In this document: in pieces, positions 1 through 10,180 of the stretch | Numbering within the stretch: position 1 is the stretch's first letter | Layout of the letters: each line of letters begins with the position of its first letter | NCBI GenBank assembly: GCA_918797485.1 | Contig: CAKKNE010000005.1 | Coordinates: 4,650,001 to 4,714,000 of the forward strand | Origin: Pelagomonas calceolata | Lineage: Eukaryota | Length of the DNA: 64,000 nucleotides | Direction: 5' to 3' | Position numbers and translations under genes: made by a program | Notes under the pieces: model-generated | What the model was told of the DNA's origin: nothing | What the model saw: the letters and a program-made list of their open reading frames with translations, nothing else | Database searches by the model: none

Positions 1-1
1 G

Positions 2-265
2 GCGGGAGGCTTCTGCCAGCCGTGCAAGCCCGGGGGCGCGCCGCAAAAGCCCAACGTGCTGGGCATGTCCATGCTCGAGCGCGCAGAACGCCGGCAGCAG
101 CAGAGGGCGAAACCGCCGGCCACGAGCATGGCACCGCGCGCCCGCGCGCGAGCGTTCGCCGCGATCGGCGTCGCCGTCCTCGCGGCCGGTTTAGCTTGGC
201 GACCGACCGTCGCCGCCGTCGCGAGTGTGGTGCTCGTGGCCGCGAGCTGTGTCTTTATAACGTAG
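2..265 (+). CDS. 3' end of a hypothetical membrane protein, running in from the left edge
   Basis: The frame is open from position 2 to TAG at 263-265. It has two hydrophobic C-terminal segments (AFAAIGVAVLAAGLAW, VAAVASVVLVAASCVFI) and converges on the V-ATPase gene. Confidence 0.4.
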   Translation, partial: AGGFCQPCKPGGAPQKPNVLGMSMLERAERRQQQRAKPPATSMAPRARARAFAAIGVAVLAAGLAWRPTVAAVASVVLVAASCVFIT

Positions 266-292
266 TGTTTTAGTTAACAGGGGGCGGGGATA

Positions 293-805
293 CTAGGCCG
301 TGCACTCGGCCGACTGCTGCGAGAGGATGAGCGCGACGATCAACCCGTACAGCCCGAGGGCCTCCGCGAAGATGAGGATGAGGATCATGCCGACGAACAG
401 CTTCTCCTGCTGGCCGACCGCGCGCACGCCCGCGTCGCCGACGACGCCGATCGCCATGCCCGCCGCTAATCCAGATAAACCGCAGCAGAGGCCCGCCGAG
501 AGGTAGGCGTAGCCCGAGAAGGAGGAGAACTTGGTCGTGAAGGCGCCGTTCGCCTCCTCCGGCTTCGAAATCGACCCCTGGAGGATGACGGCCACGATGA
601 GCCCGTAGATGCCCAGGACGCCGGCCATGACCACGGGGATGATGTTCCGCATCACTAATCCAGGATTCATGACGCCCATCGACGCGATGCCGACGCCGGA
701 CTTGGCCGTGCCGTAGGCCGCGCCGATGTTCGCGAAGACTAGGGCCGACGTGACGCCCATGAAGCCGAAGAAGGGCGCGCTCGTGGGGCACGTCTCCGTC
801 GACAT
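293..805 (-). CDS. VMA3: V-type H+-ATPase V0 proteolipid subunit c (16 kDa)
   Basis: APFFGFMG...[28 protein letters not shown], and the conserved [20 protein letters not shown] with the essential Glu. Confidence 0.97.
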   Translation of the reverse strand: MSTETCPTSAPFFGFMGVTSALVFANIGAAYGTAKSGVGIASMGVMNPGLVMRNIIPVVMAGVLGIYGLIVAVILQGSISKPEEANGAFTTKFSSFSGYAYLSAGLCCGLSGLAAGMAIGVVGDAGVRAVGQQEKLFVGMILILIFAEALGLYGLIVALILSQQSAECTA

Positions 806-1536
806 GGTGCCCTGTTCTTACCGCCGCTTCTCTAGGTGTGGTGTAGACCTGCGCGGAACGCGCTTTGTTTGTCGGGTCGGCTGTGCAGTTTCGTCGAGCA
901 CGTGCGCATGTGTGCTGTGGTTACGGCGGCCGCGGAACGCGCGTCGGGCGGCGGGTCGGCTGCGGCAGTTTCGTCGGGCGAGACTTGCGCACGTGTGCGC
1001 TGTGGTTACGGCGACGTCGCTGCGGGTTCGACGGGCTCGCCGCGGCCGCGCGAGGCGCTCGCGGTCAGCGCGTGTGCTTTTGGGCGGCCTTGCTGAGGAG
1101 GTCACGGCAGCAAGCGCGCTCGCTCGGGAGGCTGTGAACAATGATCTGCGGCACTGCTATCGCACTTCTACGCTTGTAACGCAATCAGGGGCCGCAGCGT
1201 CGGTGATCTAGCAGCGCCGAGGTTGAGTGGTGGGCTGAAAAAAACGGGTTTTCGTCGCGGCAGGGTAGACGCGTCGCTGAAGAGGATGAAGTGGAAGACG
1301 AGACGATGAGTCGTAGGTCGATTTTTGCGTCTGCTGCGCGCCGCCCAGCTCGAGGCTTTGGCCGCATCGCAAATACGCCGCCTACTGCTCCGCATGCCAG
1401 CTTGCAGGCTCTCATCGATCGATGCGCGATAGTTCATGATGCATCTGACCAGCTGCTGTCGCCGGAACCCGTGAAACTTAGCTAGGTGCCTGCACAGGCT
1501 GCATCAAAACTTGAAAAAATTGACGCCGCCGCAGCG

Positions 1537-3111
1537 ATGGCGGACGAGACGCCGGTGCAAAGCCCAACAAGCCGCCGCCGATCCACCAGCGCGATGCTGC
1601 CGCCGCCGACCGAAGGAGAGCCAACGCAGTGCCAAGCGAAGACCACCGGCGCCGGCGCGTCGCTCGCGATGATGGCTACATTGGGCTTCCTCTGGGGCGG
1701 CGCCTGCTTCGGTTTTAATGGGATCAAGACCGTGTTCCTGGACGAGGGCTTATTTGCGGACGCGTGCGACCACGGCGACCGGTGCAAGGCGCAGATCAAT
1801 CAAGTCGACGCCGCCTGGACCTTCGCGTCGGCCATGTTAAATGTCATGGCGCTGGTCAACGGGTCGCTGTCGGACGCGTTGGGGTTGAGAAGGCTGTGCT
1901 TGTTGTCTTCAGCATTGCTCGCTATCTCCACCGGAGCGTTCTACCTCGTCGTCACCAGAAGACGCTACGAGCAGTACCTGTCCTACGTGTACTTTGCGCT
2001 CGTCGAGTCGGGCATGCTCTTGTCGTTTGGCGGTCTCGCATTGCAGGGGGAGAAAGGATCGTTAACGCCGCCGTGCTCGCGGCCGTACGACGTAAGGGTC
2101 GTGGCGGCGCCGACGATGGAGACGGCCTTCGCGCTCGGGACCCTAATCTTTCCCACGTTAAGGTTGATACACGACGGCGTGAGAGGCGCAAACTTGGTAA
2201 CTCTATACTGCTCGTACTTCGCGGCCTGCGCGCTGTTGATACTCTACTGCGCTTGTAGAACGAAGGCGCGACCCTTGAGGCGGCCCGGGAGCGGCGCGCT
2301 GCGGCATGTGGGCTGGCGGCGGCTGTTGTTTGCCTTTTGTGCGGCGCTGGCCGTCGGGGCGAACATCACGCAGCAGGGTTATTACGTCGCGACCTTCGCG
2401 GAGCAGGCGAAGTGGCACGGGCGGTCCGAACTCTTGGGCGACGTCTTGGATTGGGGCTTCCCGCTGATGGCCCTGCCGTCGCTCTACGGGGCGGCTCGCT
2501 TCGAGGAGCACGCGCACGCCGTCGGCTTCGAGAAGGGCGCGTCGCGAGGCTATGTTGTGCTCCTGCTGATGCAGGTGGCCTGGGGCATCCTGTCCACCCA
2601 AAAGCTGTGGTGGCTGCAGATTTTGGCGGTCGCGGTGTTCGTGCCGGCGCGGTTATTGGGTTTCGTGCACCTTTATACATGTGTCGGTGCCTTCTTCCCC
2701 GCGGAGCACTTCGGCATCATGGCGGGGGCCTGCCTGACGCTGGGGGGCCTCTGCGCCATCCCGGCGTCGCAGGCGTTGCGAGCCTGGCTCGTCGCGTCGA
2801 TGGACCCGCGCGGCCCGAACGGGGCGTTGGCGGCGGCGCTCGTGGTGCTCGACGCCTTGGCCGGCGCGGCGTCGCGGATCGTGAAGATAGACCGGCCCGA
2901 TGCCGTCGCGGCGCCGACGACGAGCGCCTACAACCCCATGGCGGCGGACGCCGACGACGAGGCTGCTGTGGAGCTCGCGGAGTTCTTCTCCGAATATGGC
3001 GATGGGGGTGATTCGTCCCCGTCGCCGCTCGTCTCCTACGGGTCGCCCGCGGCGGAGACGAGGAGTCCGGCGCGGGTCGACGACGCCGAGGCGTCTTCTT
3101 CTGTGAATTAG
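1537..3111 (+). CDS. MFS transporter, SLC43/LAT3-like
   Basis: About 12 hydrophobic segments. N-terminal GFLWGGACFGFNGIKTVFLDEGLF..C..C motif typical of SLC43-like MFS, and G-SLSDALGLRR (MFS motif A). First ATG is at 1537. Confidence 0.75.
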   Translation: MADETPVQSPTSRRRSTSAMLPPPTEGEPTQCQAKTTGAGASLAMMATLGFLWGGACFGFNGIKTVFLDEGLFADACDHGDRCKAQINQVDAAWTFASAMLNVMALVNGSLSDALGLRRLCLLSSALLAISTGAFYLVVTRRRYEQYLSYVYFALVESGMLLSFGGLALQGEKGSLTPPCSRPYDVRVVAAPTMETAFALGTLIFPTLRLIHDGVRGANLVTLYCSYFAACALLILYCACRTKARPLRRPGSGALRHVGWRRLLFAFCAALAVGANITQQGYYVATFAEQAKWHGRSELLGDVLDWGFPLMALPSLYGAARFEEHAHAVGFEKGASRGYVVLLLMQVAWGILSTQKLWWLQILAVAVFVPARLLGFVHLYTCVGAFFPAEHFGIMAGACLTLGGLCAIPASQALRAWLVASMDPRGPNGALAAALVVLDALAGAASRIVKIDRPDAVAAPTTSAYNPMAADADDEAAVELAEFFSEYGDGGDSSPSPLVSYGSPAAETRSPARVDDAEASSSVN

Positions 3112-3186
3112 GTGTTTAACTGTGTGATATGCTTCTAAACTGTCACATTCACAAGGCGGAGCAGGGCAGAGCTGGTTGTGCCAATG

Positions 3187-3207
3187 CTAGTGTCTTTACA
3201 GGCTAGC
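3187..3207 (-). promoter_or_regulatory. bipartite GCTAGC...AAGACACTAG motif
   Basis: Minus strand reads GCTAGCCTGTAAAGACACTAG, upstream of the 3353 ORF. Confidence 0.55.
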
Positions 3208-3352
3208 CTATAGGTTATCTTTTTTCTTGCGTGGGAGCACTGAGCCGCGCCCCGGGGGCGCGGTAGGGATTGTCGCGAGATTACCCGTGACTTATCTTCC
3301 GCGAGGCGAGTGATTTCCGCTCGCGCATTGATCAAGAACACAAGTTCCCGCA

Positions 3353-3595
3353 ATGGATGGCCAGAGGCGCCGCTACTCATCGATGCTCGCCGCCAGGGCG
3401 CGGCGAAGAAGGCTTGTCCGACGGCTCGCGATAGTCACCCCGGTCGCCGCGCTGGTTTTTTACCTCGCGGTGAGAACAAGGCCGACGCCGTCGATGCCGT
3501 CAGCGACGCCGACGCTAATTTCGCGGGACGTCGGCTGGTGCTCGGTCGACGGCCAGCTGCAGGACGGGACGGTCTACGGGCACCTGAACTGCTAA
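3353..3595 (+). CDS. small hypothetical single-TM protein (80 aa)
   Basis: ATG ORF with a basic stretch, a TM (LAIVTPVAALVFYLAV) and a C-terminal Cys pair. It fills a gap downstream of a promoter motif and converges on the next gene. Confidence 0.45.
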   Translation: MDGQRRRYSSMLAARARRRRLVRRLAIVTPVAALVFYLAVRTRPTPSMPSATPTLISRDVGWCSVDGQLQDGTVYGHLNC

Positions 3596-3634
3596 GCGCG
3601 CGGACAGCGCGTACTCTAAGTGACACAAATAACC

Positions 3635-3979
3635 TTAGTCCTGCCGCTCGACGTCGTGCGGCTCGAGGGAGTGGCTCACGTAGACCGTGTCGCCGTCCTT
3701 GAGCACATCGCTGATCAAACCGCCCATGTCTATCGGTAAACCTTCCCGGTTCGTGATTTTCGTCGGCACGCCCAGGATCTTCCAGCCCTGGTAGTTCTTC
3801 TCGTCGTAGCGCGCGATGCCGACGTGCCCCAGCCATCGCACTCTTTGCGTGGCGTCGCCGCAAGTGACCTTGATGCACTTGTCGCGCACAACCACGTCCA
3901 GGATCCAGGACGTCTCCTCGCCGTCGCCCGTCGCGCCCGTCTTGGTCGTGCGGCCCGAGGCCACGCTCATGCCGCTCAT
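3635..3979 (-). CDS. small protein with Par3/HAL N-terminal (ubiquitin-like) domain
   Basis: IKVTCGDATQRVRWLGHVGIARY...GLPIDMGGLISDVLKDGDTVYV resembles the Par3_HAL_N_term pattern (VPCGDG...WL...A..RY...D.....DVL.D.D.V). Confidence 0.65.
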   Translation of the reverse strand: MSGMSVASGRTTKTGATGDGEETSWILDVVVRDKCIKVTCGDATQRVRWLGHVGIARYDEKNYQGWKILGVPTKITNREGLPIDMGGLISDVLKDGDTVYVSHSLEPHDVERQD

Positions 3980-4404
3980 GGTCTAGTCCCCACGGTGGTC
4001 AGCAGTGCTTGTGGTCAGCAGCGTCTCCTGTCCTAGCGCACCGAGGCGAGAGGGCACGTACAATTATCGAATACGTGCGAACGAGGCTGCCCGAGCGTGC
4101 GGATTTGAGCTGTCCGAGGCACCGGGAGTTTTGCGGCGCAAATCGAACCCGTTTTTGTTTGAATTTGGAGGATGCCAACCCGAAAGCCTCTCGTTCGCCG
4201 TATGCCGTCCAATAACCTTCTCTAAGGACAGACAAAGGTCGGTTTTTTGCCTCGGTTTAGGAATTTTTAGCAGCTTTTTGTCGATCATCTCCGGCCACGC
4301 GACGCGGCCACGCGACGCGGCTGTTGCAATCGACAAAACAGCATACGTTGCACCGAGAGCTCATATTCGTGTTCCTCTTGACCTGCATCGCATCGGTGTT
4401 TTGC

Positions 4405-5358
4405 ATGCCGCAGCTTGGAGCCACCGCTGTCATTGCTGGCTTTGTTTTAGTCTCCGCAGTCCTGATCAAGAGAGCCATGGCTTCAGAGACCTGCACGAGC
4501 CCCGATTCACGCGTCTCGCTGGGCGACGGCAACTCCATCCCGGCGGTCGGCTTCGGCATGTATTACACGCCGCCCGGCGCCGTGGCATATGATATCGTCA
4601 AGGAAGCAATTAAAATTGGCTACCGACATATTGATACGGCCGGGTTCTACGAGAACGAGGCCGACGTCGGACGCGCGGTCAAGGACTCGGGCGTGCCGCG
4701 CGACCAGATCCACATCACGTCCAAGGTCTGGCCGGAAGCCGAGGGCCGGTGGCAGACCGACGCGTACAACATGGTGCTGGAGCACGTCAAGGCGTCGGTG
4801 GAGAAGCTGGGGACCCATGCTGACTTGTATTTAATCCACTGGCCTGTGAATCCCGAGCAGCGCGTCGACTACTGGCTCGCGCTCGAAGAGGCCCAGAAGC
4901 AGGGCCTCGTGAAGAGCATCGGCGTGTCGAACTTCGGCGTGGCGCACATGCAGAAGTTAATTGATGATCCGCGCACGACGGTCGTGCCGGCGGCGAACGA
5001 AGTAGAACTGCACCCCTTCCTGCGCCAGGACGAGATCGAGGCCTTCTGCAAGCCTCGCGGCATTAGATTGATTGCGTACTCGCCGCTGTCCCGCGCGAAG
5101 CGCCTCGACAACCCCGTGATCCAGGAGGTCGCCAAGGCCCACGGTGCGACGCCGGCCCAGATACATGTCCGCTGGTCCGTGCAACACGGCTACGTGCCGC
5201 TCCCGAAGTCGGTGCGGACCGAGCGCGTCGCGGAGAACATCGACGTCTTCAAGTTCGAGATCACGCCCGCGGAGATGGAGAAGCTCGACGCGCTCGACGA
5301 GCGCCTCTTCACGGAGTGGGAGGAGTGGGGCAACCTCGACCCGACGAAGATGGACTAG
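4405..5358 (+). CDS. aldo/keto reductase (AKR5-like) with hydrophobic N-terminal extension
   Basis: IPAVGFG, GYRHIDTAGFYENE, ITSKVW, DLYLIHWP, KSIGVSNF, NEVELHPF, AYSPL, PLPKS. Confidence 0.93.
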   Translation: MPQLGATAVIAGFVLVSAVLIKRAMASETCTSPDSRVSLGDGNSIPAVGFGMYYTPPGAVAYDIVKEAIKIGYRHIDTAGFYENEADVGRAVKDSGVPRDQIHITSKVWPEAEGRWQTDAYNMVLEHVKASVEKLGTHADLYLIHWPVNPEQRVDYWLALEEAQKQGLVKSIGVSNFGVAHMQKLIDDPRTTVVPAANEVELHPFLRQDEIEAFCKPRGIRLIAYSPLSRAKRLDNPVIQEVAKAHGATPAQIHVRWSVQHGYVPLPKSVRTERVAENIDVFKFEITPAEMEKLDALDERLFTEWEEWGNLDPTKMD

Positions 5359-5499
5359 AAGGGATCTCTAAGTTTACCACAACAGCTAGTTAATTCCTAA
5401 GGTCAGCGCACGCGATCATGATCATGACGCCACGCGTCGATGGCGTGTAGGGGTACGGGTTCGGTTTCCGCGGACCGCGGCGCACCGCGCGCGCGCACG

Positions 5500-8400
5500 T
5501 CAGTCCATCGAAAATACCTGGGCCTGCCGCGGGTCCAGCGCTACATCGAATGCCGCGACGAGGTCATGCTTGGACGAGTACAGCGGCAGGTCGATGCGGT
5601 TGAAGCAGGTATGCGCTCTAGGATAGGCGCATTGCGCCAGCTCGACGGACGTCAGAGTGAAAGGCCGCAAGACCCCATCCCGCCCATGCAATTTCGCAAA
5701 GCCGCCCAAGGGGCACCTTGCGCTTCCGGTGGCCCACTTGAGCAGCTCCGCCTTCTTGGACGCGTTGAGCGTCGTCACGTGCGACCAGAACCACTCCACG
5801 ACCCTGTGCTTCGGAGTGTCCTTGAACTCGCCTCGCAATTGCGTCGCAGCCCGCCAGTCGTCCACATTCAGAGCCTCGACGCCGGCCAAAGCTTCTCGCA
5901 GCTCCTCTGGAGTTTCCAAGAGTAGTAACGTGGCCTCCGGCACGACGTCGCGAAAGCCTCGTACCAGGCACCCGATGCTCTTCGCCTGCTGCCCGCCGAG
6001 GTCCGCCGTCGCTCTTAAACGGGCGAACTCTTGGACGTTCCCCTCGGTGACCTCCTCGCCGCCGTCGCCGCGGAGGGACACGTCCTCGAAGCCGTTCAAT
6101 GTCGGTCTGGCCACCGAAAAGGTCAGCGCCAGGTCAGTCAGTTGCGCCCCGGACATGTCGGCGATGAGTTCCAACGAGCGGCTGATTTCGGCGTCGATCA
6201 GGCACAGGTCGTCTCTCAGGGAGACGGGCAGCGCCATGAGATGCTTCAGCAGGACGCTGTTCCACCCGGCAGGGACGTGGTGGCCCTCAAGCAATGCTTT
6301 TCCCAACAACCTTCCAGCGAACGTGAGGACGCGGTCCTCCGCCCCGTTTAGCGCTCGTTTCACCACGAAATCGTCGTTCGGATAATATGTAGAACCCTCG
6401 ACCACTCGGAAGACGCCCTTGACCGGGTCCAGCAGTTCACTGATGGCCTTGAAGAAGAATTCCCGCGAGACGCCGCCCGCATCGAGGCCCGGCTCGCCGC
6501 GGAACACCACGAAGAACGGCTGGCGCCACCTTTCGACCGGTAGCTCCCCCAACACACTAATAGCGTCGCCGAAGCAGTTCCCGCGCCGCACATTAAACTG
6601 AACGCGACCGACCTCCCAGCTCACGCGCAGCAGATCTAATGACGTCCGCAGCGCCGCGGCCCGCCCTGCGAGGGCGGTCCCCTGGACGCGCTCGAACGCC
6701 TCCCGCTGGGCGGGCGTGCACGGCACGTCGTAGCCGTCCGACGCCGACGCCAGCTCCCAGCGGCCGTCGACGCTGCGGCCCACCAGGTCCTCGGACTTCG
6801 GCCAGTTCACCCTCGCCGTCCCTTCACCAAAAGTAAGGTGCCTCGGAATCACCCTGAGCGAAGCGAGGGCTTTGCCGACGAAGCGGCTGACTCCCCGCAT
6901 GAGGCCCCGCGCGCTGCGCGCACTGCTGGGCGAGGTGAGCGAGGGCCGCGGCGGCGGCGGCGGCGGCAGCTCGGCCGTCTCGGCCGTGGCGGCGCTCGCC
7001 TCGCTCGGACGCGTCGACTCGGGCGGGGATGGCACGTTGTCGCTCGGTCGCGTTGCCGGTGCCTCGACGTCCACCTCCTCGTCGGTCTTCCTGGCGTTCC
7101 TGCGCCGAGAAAGCATGACGCCGGCGGCCAGTAAGAGCACGACGCCCGCCGCCGCGCCGCCGCCGGCGCTCGCCGCCGTCGTGTCGCCGCCCGAGCCCTT
7201 GCCGCTCGACTTGTCGCTCGCCAGCGGCGTCTTTGACGGGCTCGGCGTCGGCGACGTGGTCGGCGACGTGGTCGGCGATGTGGTCGGCGCAGGCGTCGTG
7301 ACGACGAAGACGACCGTGGCCGCCAACAACGCCGCTTTCGTCGCTTCGAGGTCCACCTTCACGGCGGCGAATGCTGCATCCGCTGCCTGCAGCGTGCTTA
7401 AGAAGCTCCCGTCGTCGACAGCTGTCCTCAGGGCCTCCGTAGACTGCTGCAGCAAGTCCGCCGAGTCCGCCTCGGCTGTTTCGGTGTCGTCGACGCGCGC
7501 GACGCCCGTGTAGGAGACGTCGACGCCCGCGCCGTCGTCGAGGCGTCTCCGTTTCCCGGCGGACACGATCCCGGCCGCCTCGATATCAATTACTTCGTCG
7601 AAGGCTCCGTTGGCGCTATCCAGGACGGACTGTGCAAAGGCCGCCTTCATGTCTTCGTCGGCGTTAAACTCGGTGGCGACGATGCCCGCGAGCGTCACCG
7701 AAGAATCGACCTGGACGAGCGTTTGGGCGGGAGTTGGCGCCGGAGTCGGCGGCGGCGTCGGCCGCGGCGTCGGCGTCGCGCTGGGCTTGGGCGTCGGTTT
7801 GTGTGATGGCCGTTGCGTCGGGCTTTCGGGCACCGGCGACGGCTCGGGCGTCGGGCGCGGCGTCGGCGCGCAGGCGCCGTCCCCTTGCTTGACGCCGCAC
7901 GACGTCGACTCGCACGGGGTATCGTCGAACGCGTCGTCCAGGTCCACGTCGTCGTCAACGCACCAGCCGAGGTCCTGGTCGAAGGCCGAGGCGCCCCTGA
8001 ACATGTCCTCCATCGTTGTCACGCCAGAGATGTCCCACTCGCCGATATCCTCGTTGAAGGACGAGGCATCTTCGAACAGCTCCTCCATGTCCGTCACGCC
8101 CCCAGTCGCCCACGTCGAGATGTGGCCGTACGTCGCCTCGGCGGCCGTCGGGTTCGCGAGCCACGCGTCGACGGCCGTTCTGATATTGCTGTCGGTCATA
8201 GTGTAGCCATAAATCGTCGTCGGGCGTAGGCTGGGTGCAGGCGTCGGCCGCCGCGACGGCTCCCACGAGGGACGAGGGGTCGGGCGCGGCGAGGGCTGCG
8301 GCGTCGGCCGCGGCGATGGTCGCCGCGTAGGCATCGGCGACGGTCGGCGCGTGGGCCGCGGCGACGGCGCAGAGATGGGCGCGGCCGTCGGGTCGCCGGG

Positions 8401-9711
8401 TAACGGCGTCGGGGCGGGCGACGGTCTAGGTGTAGGGCGCCGCGATGGCCGAGGGGTCGGCTGCGGCGTCTTTCTTGGAAACGAGGGCATGGGCGTCGGG
8501 CGCGGGCTGGGCGGCGGCGTTGGTCGCGGCATCGGCGCGGCCGAGGGCTTGGGCGTCGGGCGTCCGCTGGGCGTCGACGTTGGCCGTGGCGCCGGGCTAG
8601 GACGCGGCGTCGGGCTCCGGCTGGGTGCATAGGTCGGGCGCTGCGTAGGGCGCCGACTGGGTGTCGGCGTGGGACGCAGCGTCGGGCGCCGGCTGGGAGC
8701 GTAGGTCGGGCTCGGGCAGGCGCCATCGTTGTCCTGTAACTGTACGCCGCACGACGTCGACTCGCACGGGGTGTTGGTGAACGCGTCGGTCAGGTTCAGG
8801 TCGTCCACGCACCAGCCGAGGTCCTGGTCAAAGGCCGAGGCGTGGGCGAACATCCAGCCCATGTCCCCGACGCTGTGGACCGCCCAACCACTAATGTCCT
8901 GGTTGAACGTTGAGGCGCCATCGAACATCTCCTCCATATCGATAACAGCTCCAACGCTCCAGCCTCCAATGTCCTGATTGAAGGAGGATGCGTCCCGAAA
9001 CATCTCCGCCATCGACGTAACGCCCGAGGTGTCCCACGCGCTAATGTCCTCGTTGAACGACGAGGCGCCATCGAACAGCTCCGACATGTCCGTCACCTCC
9101 GATGTCTCCCACGTCGAGATGTGGCCGTACGTCGCCTCGGCGGCCGTCGCGTCCTCGAGCCACGCCGCCACCGCGTCTCTGATGCTGTCGTCGTCCAAGA
9201 CGGAGACAGTGTTGTCGTCATAGTAATAGTACCAGTCATCGTCCTCGACGGCGTCCTCCTCCTCGTCCTCGTTTGCGTCCTCCTCCTCGTCCTGGCCATT
9301 GTCGTCATAGTAATAGTTCAAATTATCGTCTTGGCCATCGTCGTCATAGTAATAGTACCAGTCATCGGCCTGACCAGCGTCGTCATAGTAGTAATCAGAG
9401 TCGACGCACGGCCCGTCGCTGCCGGTGAGGTAGGCCGGGTTGCCGCTCTCGCATTGGCAGGCGCAGTAGCAATACGCATCCGTGTAGCGGCCGCCCGCGC
9501 AGCCATGGCCGCACTGCCACCAGTTCCAGCTCCCGTCGGTCATATCAAACATGCCCGCCGGGCAGTTCGGGCCCGACCCCGGCTGGAGGCGCCGCCGGTC
9601 GGTGCTGTTGCCTGGCGCGGCCGACGGCGCGATGTGGGGCAGCGCCGCGGCGCAGTGCGCGGCCAGCAGGACGCCGACGACCACGCGCGCGACGCCACAC
9701 AGCAAGGCCAT
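5500..9711 (-). CDS. type I membrane protein: signal peptide, Cys-rich and YYYDD region, two DUF285 (BspA-like) repeat blocks, Pro-rich stalks, TM, cytoplasmic HECT E3 ligase
   Basis: Signal MALLCGVARVVVGVLLAAHCAAA. Repeats WDTSGVTSMAEMFRDASSFNQDIGGW. TM GVVLLLAAGVML followed by SRRR. HECT motifs VVFRGEPGLDAGGVSREFF, VVEWFW, LLKWATGS and catalytic PRAHTCFNRIDLPLY. Confidence 0.88.
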   Translation of the reverse strand: MALLCGVARVVVGVLLAAHCAAALPHIAPSAAPGNSTDRRRLQPGSGPNCPAGMFDMTDGSWNWWQCGHGCAGGRYTDAYCYCACQCESGNPAYLTGSDGPCVDSDYYYDDAGQADDWYYYYDDDGQDDNLNYYYDDNGQDEEEDANEDEEEDAVEDDDWYYYYDDNTVSVLDDDSIRDAVAAWLEDATAAEATYGHISTWETSEVTDMSELFDGASSFNEDISAWDTSGVTSMAEMFRDASSFNQDIGGWSVGAVIDMEEMFDGASTFNQDISGWAVHSVGDMGWMFAHASAFDQDLGWCVDDLNLTDAFTNTPCESTSCGVQLQDNDGACPSPTYAPSRRPTLRPTPTPSRRPTQRPTYAPSRSPTPRPSPAPRPTSTPSGRPTPKPSAAPMPRPTPPPSPRPTPMPSFPRKTPQPTPRPSRRPTPRPSPAPTPLPGDPTAAPISAPSPRPTRRPSPMPTRRPSPRPTPQPSPRPTPRPSWEPSRRPTPAPSLRPTTIYGYTMTDSNIRTAVDAWLANPTAAEATYGHISTWATGGVTDMEELFEDASSFNEDIGEWDISGVTTMEDMFRGASAFDQDLGWCVDDDVDLDDAFDDTPCESTSCGVKQGDGACAPTPRPTPEPSPVPESPTQRPSHKPTPKPSATPTPRPTPPPTPAPTPAQTLVQVDSSVTLAGIVATEFNADEDMKAAFAQSVLDSANGAFDEVIDIEAAGIVSAGKRRRLDDGAGVDVSYTGVARVDDTETAEADSADLLQQSTEALRTAVDDGSFLSTLQAADAAFAAVKVDLEATKAALLAATVVFVVTTPAPTTSPTTSPTTSPTPSPSKTPLASDKSSGKGSGGDTTAASAGGGAAAGVVLLLAAGVMLSRRRNARKTDEEVDVEAPATRPSDNVPSPPESTRPSEASAATAETAELPPPPPPRPSLTSPSSARSARGLMRGVSRFVGKALASLRVIPRHLTFGEGTARVNWPKSEDLVGRSVDGRWELASASDGYDVPCTPAQREAFERVQGTALAGRAAALRTSLDLLRVSWEVGRVQFNVRRGNCFGDAISVLGELPVERWRQPFFVVFRGEPGLDAGGVSREFFFKAISELLDPVKGVFRVVEGSTYYPNDDFVVKRALNGAEDRVLTFAGRLLGKALLEGHHVPAGWNSVLLKHLMALPVSLRDDLCLIDAEISRSLELIADMSGAQLTDLALTFSVARPTLNGFEDVSLRGDGGEEVTEGNVQEFARLRATADLGGQQAKSIGCLVRGFRDVVPEATLLLLETPEELREALAGVEALNVDDWRAATQLRGEFKDTPKHRVVEWFWSHVTTLNASKKAELLKWATGSARCPLGGFAKLHGRDGVLRPFTLTSVELAQCAYPRAHTCFNRIDLPLYSSKHDLVAAFDVALDPRQAQVFSMD

Positions 9712-9950
9712 GATGCTGCTCACTGCCAAGACGAGCGCGGCCGTCGCGAGGCGGCAGGCATTGATCGTTCTCGTTTGCGCATGGAACTGGGCTGCCTGCT
9801 GATCGATGCGCGCGTTGCAATCGTTTGAGCTCAGGCGCTGCCGGCCACTTTCACGGCAGTCATGGCGCACCCGCGCGCCGGGCTTCGACGCCCAGGAAAG
9901 GATCAGAGAACGGTGCGCAAGGGACGATTCGCCTCACGATGCTTACTGCT

Positions 9951-9973
9951 GCTAGCGTCTTGTAAGACACTAG
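9951..9973 (+). promoter_or_regulatory. bipartite GCTAGC...AAGACACTAG motif
   Basis: GCTAGCGTCTTGTAAGACACTAG between the divergent HECT and EMG1 genes. Confidence 0.6.
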
Positions 9974-10180
9974 AGCAAGCCTGCCTGAGCTCAGGAGAGC
10001 AAAAACGGGCGAAGCAAGGGCTGTGTGTAATTATTTCTAGCGCGCGTGACTGCTTAATACTTCGTTCGCAGCTGCTGCGACGGAGTGAGCTTCTTCTTGC
10101 ACCGGTGATCCGTAACATAGCGAGAGCCAGCTTGCAGCGGCGCCTGCACGCCATCGGCGCGCAGCGAAACGGCAACACAA

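Noticed and set aside
9712..9870. N-terminal extensions in the ORF track from GTG/TTG/CTG or upstream starts (also 1486, 4324, 12077, 21171, 29123, 35999, 39334, 48876, 61041)
   Set aside because: In eukaryotic context the downstream ATG gives a sensible signal peptide or domain start, so I trimmed the coordinates.
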